From: Blasia pusilla
Lineage: Eukaryota
Assembly: GCA_050084515.1 (NCBI GenBank)
Contig: CM114271.1
Coordinates: forward strand, 35,650,001-35,714,000
Length of the DNA: 64,000 nt
Direction of reading: 5' to 3'
The position numbers and the translations under genes are program-made. A model generated the notes under the pieces. That model saw only the letters and a list, made by a program, of their open reading frames with translations, had not been told where the DNA came from and did no database searches. Positions 56,335-64,000 of the stretch are shown piece after piece. The number at the start of each line of letters is the position of its first letter. Position 1 is the stretch's first letter.

Positions 56335-56506
56335 CGGGGACAGAAATGGGATACTACAGTATTACTACAGTATCCTCTTTCTTCCTCCTTTCCGGGGTCA
56401 ACTTTTTTTTAATAAATAAATTTATATGTTTCAAATTTTTTTAAAGATGGCGAGCGAATTTGGGGTATTTTAAGGAAATTGAGTACAATTCCAAAGACTA
56501 GGCATA

Positions 56507-56694
56507 TCTATATTATTAAGAGAGTATGGGGTTAAGGAAATTGGTGTTGACATTTGTCCAACATAAATTTGTCCTTTCAAACCCTTCTATTGTTGACAAG
56601 TGTTTAAGGAGTGCTTAAATTAGAAGGACCAAAGACTTAAAGGGTGCCAAGGAAATGTTCTTCTCGGCGGTGCGTAGCACCGGCATCATAGTAG
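56507..56694 (+). mobile_element. Non-autonomous mini-Helitron (188 bp)
   Basis: A|TCTATATTATTAAG... 5' end; CGGTGC-GTA-GCACCG hairpin followed by GTAG|T (one change from CTAG). Confidence 0.7.
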
Positions 56695-57055
56695 TGTTTT
56701 TTGTACTTTGGACTAGTGTAGAGCCTATGCTATGGAGGGAGAAATAGTCATATTGCTCATAAACATTTTCTTGCCCATTGAGTGTTTTGTGTAAAGTGAA
56801 GAGACTCTTGTGAATTACTAAGCCATCCTCCCTTAATAGAAGAGATTCATGTAGGGTTTACAAAGATTATTTAGGATCCCCCTTACGAATTGTATGCTCT
56901 TCTAAAGGGTTGTTAAAAGCAGTGCTCTTTATCACATCTGAGTAGCCGATAGGCCGAGATCTATCGTGGATAGGCGTAGGAGCCAGCGGACTATCTTGAG
57001 TGTAACTTTGTCCCACGGTGTCGGATGAGGTTGAGGATAGGTCCATTGTGTCAGG

Positions 57056-58691
57056 GTACTGAACCTGGAGTAAGCTGTAGGTACGCTTTACTCCGAAATG
57101 TCCCAACTCCTCATGGGCATGTCGCACTATACGTGCTCGCTGGGAAGGATGAGGTACCACTCGTATCCTACCATCTCCCCATACCCGCAAAATATGAGTC
57201 CCCTCCCACCTGAACCTCTTGGCTCTCTGTAGGATCCGATCCCGCTCCCTAGCACTCATTGTACTCGCAATGACGCTAGTGCGCAAGAACTCCACAACCT
57301 CCACATCGTCATGGATATCACGACCACCTGTCGCCTCCTCACTAACCTCCGGATCCAAAGACTCATCATCCAACCCCACCACTGGAGTCATCACCTGTGG
57401 CTTACCTGCCATAGTTAACCAACAAAGATAGGCAGATGCATGCCATCCGGGCACCATCTCCTCATCACTCTCTCCGTGCCATCGAGCTCCTGTGTCGTCT
57501 CTCTGACTCGGACATGGTTTACGACTCAACCCATCCGCATCCTAGTTCAGCCGACCTAGCCTATGAACCACCTCAAACTCATACTCCTGTAGTAATAGAG
57601 CCCACCTCCACTTGGAAAGCTTTCCCGTAAGCTTGTCGGACTTCATCAACCACCTCAACGGCTGATGATCAGTGATAAGTGTGAAAGGGTTTCCGAATAA
57701 ATAGCACCTGAAATGTGCCACGGCCCACACTGCAGCCAAGCACTCTCCCTCGTAGGAGCTGTACTTCGCCTCTGCAATGTTGTTTGATCGGCTCGCGTAA
57801 GCCACAACGAACTCCCTCTCCTCATCATCCCTCTGAGTAAGCACTGGTCCTAGACCCAACATGCTCCAATCCGTAAGTAACTGGAATTGGCAACCCCTAA
57901 GCGGTCTTGTAAAATGGGTGAGGACGTCAACCTGTCCTTGAGCTCCTGAAATGCTCGCTTCTGATCATCTCCCCACAACCAAACCTAATCAAGTCTCGTC
58001 AACAAGGTCAAAGACTTTGCGATCGCACTAAAATCCTTGACATACCGTCGATAGAAGTTCGCCAGTCCAAGAAATGCTCGGACTTGACTCACATCTGTAG
58101 GGCGTGGAATCTGCGCAATAGCCTCTACCTTCGTCTGCTGAACGCCTAACCCACTCGGGTATATGGTGTGTCCCAAGTACTCAATCTGCTTCTGAAAGAA
58201 TCTGCACTTGCCTGGATGTAACTTTAGTCCATGTAACTGCAATCGCCGAAACACCTCCTCCAAGTGTCGCTCATGCTCCTCAACCGTGGAACTGAAGATA
58301 AGAATATCATCTATGTAACATCGTACAAAATCCAAGCCAGCCAGAATCCTATCCATCACTCTCTGAAACTCTGCATGCGCGTTCTTCAACCCAAATGGTA
58401 AGAACCGCCACTGATACAAGCAATCTCTCCCGAATCGATCTATCCCCCAGAATGCTATCTTCTCGTTGTCTTCCAACCTGATAGGAAGCTGATGATAGCC
58501 AACACAGAGATCTAAAGTACTGAAGATCTTTGCATGCCCTACCGCATCAAAGATCTCCTCAAGAGTAGGCATGGCGTACCGATCTGACCTCGTCTATCGG
58601 TTGATAGGACGGTAATCTCCACACATCCGCCTATCCGTCCAATTGCCATACATATCCTTCTTCGTCGGCATGACTGTGGCAGATGCATACT
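57056..58691 (-). pseudogene. Gypsy pol fragment: reverse transcriptase, RNase H and first half of the integrase zinc finger
   Basis: YASATVMP.KKD...RMCGDYR, LDLCVGYHQ, LPFGLKNA, YIDD, VAYASR...YSSYEGECLA...TDHQPL, HEELGHFGVKRTY. Stops and frameshifts present. Confidence 0.93.
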
Positions 58692-59850
58692 GGGGTACAG
58701 CGGTTTGTGGCTAGATGTATAGTATGTGACAGAGTGCGAGCATCCTTCAATACTCCCACTCCGCAGTTATATCCTTTGCCGATTATGGGTTTAGGTTATC
58801 GATGGAGTTTAGACTTTGCGGGACCTTTGCCATTGACGGGGCGTCATCATAGGTACGTGTTGGTCATGGTGGAGCATTTCTCCAAGTGGATAGAGTTGGT
58901 GGCACTACCAAACAAGGCGAGCAAGGGAACAGCTTATGCGTTTCTAGATCGTGTGCTTAGTCACTTTGGTGCACCGGCGGAGGTGTTGACTGACCAGGGT
59001 ACCGATTTCAGGGGAGAGTTTCAAGCCTTGTGTGATCAGGCACTGATAGATCACCGCACCACGTCCAGAGATCATCCTGAGGCGGATGGGTTGGCGGAGA
59101 GAGTGGTACAGACGGTGAAGAGAGGATTGCGCAAGTATGGCTTGCAGCGGGGACAGTTGAGGGAGTGGGACCTACAATTGCCATGGTTGGCCATGGGTTA
59201 TCACTTTAGTCGGCAGGCATCCTTGGCGTCATTTTCACCGTACTTTTTGCTCTTTGGGAGAGAGCCAGATTTACCTGCAGCGATTTGACGTGGCATGGCG
59301 GAGGTGTTAGATCTTGATGATCCAGATGTGTGGGTACAAGCATGTTCTCAGAGGGCGGAGGTTTTTCGTAGAGTTATGCCTATGGCCTTTGAGAACTTAG
59401 CTATTGCTCAGCATAGAGATACATTGAGGTACGCGACCATTCATGGAGGAGGTTATCGTCCAGGGATTAGGAGGTTTCATCTTGGAGATTACGTGTATTT
59501 ACAGCAAGCGGCACCCACGACACTAGATGTCAATGCAGGGCGCACGGTCCTACGTGTGCGCAAGGTATTACCGATCGGAGTCCTCATGTTGGAGGGACGG
59601 GATAGTATGGTTTGGAAGGATCATGTGCGCAATTGTGCGCCATGTCATCTTCCGAACGTAGATGGGACGGTGGATCTGAGCTTGGCAGTGGTACCTGCAG
59701 GGTTGAGGTGTATGTTGTGCGGATCTGCGAGGGGTGTAGCCACCATGTTGGTATGTGATGGTTGTTCTCGAGGGTGGCATATGTCATGTCTGACCCCCCC
59801 TCTTGATGTGGTTCCCACATGACGATGGACGTGTCGGAGATGTGTATAGG
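58683..59850 (+). pseudogene. Gypsy integrase core with C-terminal PHD finger
   Basis: CIVC, SLDFAGPLP, TDQGTDF, HPEADGLAER (DDE); then CMLC...LVCDGCSRGWHMSCLTPPLDVVPT*RWTCRRC (C4HC3). Two in-frame stops. Confidence 0.92.
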
Positions 59851-60699
59851 GTAGTAGGTCATGTTAGAGAGATATGATATTTTCTATCTGGAGTTGGGGG
59901 GATCCAACTGCCAGCTAGGGGGGTGGTTGTGTGATCTCCATGCATATGTATGAGTTGATTTTTGTACATGTGTGGATCGACCGTGTGTGGGGAAGATCGG
60001 TGTTGTGTGGTGTAGATGTGACCAGCAATCTATGTTGTGTAGCGATATGTATGCGCACGACATCTTCTATAGTGTTGAATCTTTCCTTGCAAGCAACGTA
60101 CATTGATTGTCAACTTCATTGGAGGATGGCAGGAATATAACGATGACTCTGTGAATTGGTATATATGGCAGGTTCTTTTCCTTTTCCAACCCTCCATCAT
60201 ATTCTCCACAAAGTCCTTTCTTCCCTAAAAACTCCAATTAGCACCATGGACTCTCTCCAAGGGTGTGGGCGTTGTGTTTTCCTTGTCTGAAAAGTGAGTA
60301 TTATTCAGCTCACGTTCGGCTTTCAAGTCAAGGACTTTTTAGACTACATCTTGCAACAGAAGTTCAACTATAGCCTTTACCCCTCGCCATAGTGTGAGAA
60401 TACAAAGGATTTATTGCTCCCTTTATTGCCTTGCGCAATAAAGGCTATCGGGATTTGAAATTGGAGTGGACGTTGAAACATGAGACTTGTTTACAAATAA
60501 AAACCAAACTCCAAATTAGACGTGGTCGAAAGTAGGCAAAGTTGCCTAGGTCAGATCGTTCAAATCACGGGATCGAACCATGAGAGTGTGGCACTAGCGT
60601 CAGAATAGATTCCATGAGATTTTTACATAAAGCATTTCGCACTCTCAACACAACCTCCACGGACGCGACCATCTAAACAACAATAAATGTTATCGATTC

Positions 60700-62800
60700 T
60701 CGGTCTATCAAGAGTCGATGTTTACATGTGTTCCCCTAAAAAATGTGGGGGCACGTGCAAGTGTTGTCATCCTTGTCATAATCAACCACTTCAGGAGTTT
60801 GGAGGAATTTAGATTGACTTCCCACAAATGCATTTTTCCTTCTTCAAATGCAAGTACATGTAACATGGTTATTTAGGATGGACTTCGCATTCTTTACTGC
60901 TATGAGCAGATTTTTCTCCAGTGTTTGATTCTGCACACACACTCTTGCATCTTCAAATTGAGTAACACCAATAGTACAACTCTAATATGTCCATTAACAC
61001 ATGCAATAGCCATGATAGGCGATATTGACATTTAGTTCTCCTTGAAGCTTTGAAGTTAGTCTTCACCATGGAATGCCAATGCTCCATGGCACTAGTTGTA
61101 TTATGATTTTCTCTCCTTACAATGCTCCGATATTGGGTGGCCCAACCTTGAATCTTGGGAACCCAATATGCTTCAAAGTAGTCATAAAATACAAGTTCTT
61201 GACCCTCCCACCGAACAGTTAAACCTTTAGCGGATACCACAGGATCTGTAAAGTCACAAAAAAGGCCTTGATTAAATATTGCATATTTTTATCATTTGGA
61301 GAGTGTTTTGGAACACTTATTCCCATGTTCTAAATACAAGTTCAATTATTTTGCAGTAGATGCTCTTCTAGTATGATGGATAAAGATTTGTACATATATT
61401 TATGATATACGTGACTTGAGCAAGCTTTTTCTAATCCAAGTCTTTATAATGGGATCTCTAACCTTCATACGCAAGTTAATGTTCTTGATCCATGCTTTGA
61501 GGATGTGCCATATGCAGAGAAACATCATGACATTCGGGAAGACATCTCTATATACAATGGAGGTGAGAGAATTAAACTTTTAAAGGAATCAACCCTTTGA
61601 AAGTGTTTGATTATAAAAATTTTACTATTCAAATTATACAATAAAATAAAAATAAATTAGAATTTTATTGGAGAGAAAACACATATGTAATTACAGCATG
61701 TTCCTCCTTGGACTCATCCATTATGAAAAAAGATGGCCTCCGTAACTTTGAAGATTGAAGTTCTTCCCTTATGTATTAATTGACTTTCAATTTGACGGCG
61801 CTTAACACCTTTGCAATATCAACTTGTTTGTCTTTACATCAAAGCCCAAGCATACATATGGAATTCCATTTTGAAATTCATTAGAGCAAAAAAGTGTAAA
61901 TAGTTGGAACTATAAACATAAGGAGAAAATTCAAATAGATAGTTGGAATTGGCAGCTTCCATATTCTTACATGAATATTTACTACCTACCGTGTCCATAT
62001 TTTCACACCAAATTAATGGAGAGATGAAATGTATTACCTTATAAAGGTTACTTCCAAAAGTTGAATCCATTCCTACTATGTCTCCTTGGTTCAAAGTAGC
62101 AAGCTTTTCAAGCATCCATGGTGTTCCGACTACTAAGAAAAATGGATCATATTCTGGTTTGTTTTGTTCTCGATACAACAAAGCCAAACATGGATGTTGT
62201 TGGACCCACATTCTTATTGCAGTTACATCATTGGATTGTAATGATGTGAATTTAGCTTCAATTGTAGTTTGATGTCACAAATATCTATTATGGTGAGGTT
62301 AATATCCCTTGACCATATCACGTTCTCAACTATACTTCTGAACACCTCTCTCTGATGTATTTGTAGTGTTCATTTAAAATGTATGTTGGTTGAACACTAG
62401 CTCTCAACAGACATTCAACAAACTCGCGACATCTATTAGATAGATGTGACACGATATGAGAATTTGCTATAATTGCACTCTTATCCAACATACTATGACA
62501 AAATTTGTTATTCTTGTCAATGTGTTCCCAATGCATCCACCAAATCAAACACAAATTTGATCTTTCTACATACACCATCTTTGCAAGGTGGCATTGACAT
62601 CCTCGAGATATAGATGTACCAAGAAATGTTGATCGAGCTAGGGGTCAACTGTTCATACCTTTCTTTATCCCTTTTTGTACACTCTTGGGGAGATCTTTTT
62701 TAAAAATGTTCCGAAAGTCATTTGGTCCATATGCACACCAATATTGGATTATATGGCAAGATTTGTCCTCTCATTGGAATTTCTAATCTTGAAGGCATAA
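60700..62800 (-). mobile_element. Decayed Mutator-like (MULE) DDE transposase
   Basis: Ordered minus-strand motifs: RGCQCH (about 62600), GMDSTFGSNLY (about 62065), FFIMDE (about 61720), LCIWHILKAW (CxxH, about 61510), NTTSAMEHWH (about 61085). Fragmented by stops and probable introns. Confidence 0.8.
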
Positions 62801-64000
62801 TGGAAATTCTCTCTGTTTCTCTCCCCTTCAAGAAAATTTTTGAACCTATCTAGAGGGATCCTCTTTTGTCCATTTAAGATGAGTGGAAAAAAAGGGTCAT
62901 GGAGGAGGGATCTGAAGCACATGCTAAGGCTGTTCGAACATGTTTACATCCAATATTCAAAAGTGACATGATATTACATATAATATCCCCATAAAGAACT
63001 AAGTTAAAGACAATAATTGGAAAATGAATTGATGTAGAGAACTAAAGAGGGAAAAATATCAAAGCTCTGACATTGCCATAATGTGATATCCGCAATTTTG
63101 CAATTTTGAAGATTAACACATTCTTGTATTCAACCAGGGTATAGATCTCTTCCAAAATGAAGATTATTTGAAGTAAAGGTTGTATATACAAGACTATGTT
63201 GAAGATTATTTTTGCGTATTGGAAGAATGAGGCCTATTGGAGTGGATCACGAAGCTCCTAGGATAAGGCAGAGAGGTGGAACATCAAGGATTTGCCTTGG
63301 AGGAAAGGGAAATAAATTCACTAAGTCTAAAGACCAAGAGCGAAGCTCAGCAAAGACAATGAAGCCTAATAAAGAACCTATTTATGAAGTGCTTCGCTCT
63401 TTAACGAAGCACGAAGAAGAAGCAGAAGTACTTCGTTCGTCAACAAAGCACTAAGACAAATCAGTAGTGCTTCGCAGAAGAATGAAGAGGGAAGAACGAA
63501 GCACTTGGAACAAACGTGAAGAATGCAGCGCTTCGTCTTGGAGAGAAGAGGAAGAGCTTTGTCTTTAAAGGAAGAAGAAGATGTCCCGACTTCGCAATGA
63601 AGATAAGACTATCCGTGATTCCAAGCGGCACACTGTTAGAGTTGTTAGGCTAGGAAGAGGCGTAACTTTCCGGAACAGATAGGAATTAGGACAGTTACAA
63701 CCAGCAGATTGCTATGAATCATAGGAAAAGATCAGAGAACCATAGATCAAAGTAGTTAAAAGATGCCAATAGGAACCATCTTAGCAAGAAGCCCTTCAGG
63801 TCTTAAGTACTCGTACCATTTGGAAGGATATTTAAGGAGCATAAACGTAGCTCTAAGCATCATTCTCTTACGCTGTCGTTTTGGTGTAGGAGTGGTCCGG
63901 GCAAGGGAGTAGTACCCTCTCGTACTTATATACACTTTGAAGCTTTTCATTCTTGATGGAATAGTAAAGAACTCAATTCTTTTATTATGATGTACGGCTT

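Larger units (their letters stand above)
56930..60062 (+). mobile_element. Rearranged Ty3/gypsy LTR retrotransposon: LTR stub, inverted RT-RNaseH block, integrase-PHD, PPT, LTR stub
   Basis: 4-bp direct repeat TCTT at 56926-56929 and 60063-60066. Left end TATCACATCT resembles TGTCACGTCT at 16814(-). PPT AGGGGGGTGGTTG at 59917-59929. Right end ...GCGCACGACA. Confidence 0.85.

Noticed and set aside
56930-60062. Ginger-type DNA transposon (TGT..ACA ends, 4-bp TSD, gypsy-like integrase, PHD)
   Set aside because: RT, RNase H and a PPT are present and there are no long TIRs, so an LTR retrotransposon fits better.
63080-64000. Possible LTR or other repeat at the window end
   Set aside because: Purine-rich with short internal repeats, but no second terminus, PBS or coding motif is visible in the window.

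Overview
Eukaryotic land-plant (bryophyte-like, inferred) nuclear DNA. Three intact minus-strand protein genes: mitochondrial pyruvate dehydrogenase E1-alpha with an intronless CDS (4979-6175), a 7-exon thylakoid-lumen pentapeptide-repeat protein of the TL20.3/At1g12250 type with one GC-AG intron (23461-27254), and a 14-exon CAT2/3/4-type cationic amino acid transporter (31157-38509). The spacers hold decayed mobile DNA: three mini-Helitrons, a Ty1/copia end, RLE-type non-LTR relics, a Mutator-like transposase and a protein kinase pseudogene. The best lead is invisible in the ORF track: a broken but nearly motif-complete C5-cytosine DNA methyltransferase (about 9.75-10.82 kb). It ends in the same LTR-like terminus (...G(C/T)GCACGACA) as two other Ty3/gypsy-type relics, one with gag zinc knuckles (15.2-16.8 kb) and one with RT-RNaseH-integrase-PHD (56.9-60.1 kb). 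Together they suggest a retrotransposon family carrying its own DNA-methylation writer and a chromatin reader. Other leads: a microhomology-joined inversion inside the gypsy copy, five P1BS phosphate-starvation motifs in 155 bp with no recognisable coding gene nearby, two loop-less palindromes of 71 and 76 bp, and predicted 3'UTR introns in the PDH gene. All calls are by eye; no searches were run.
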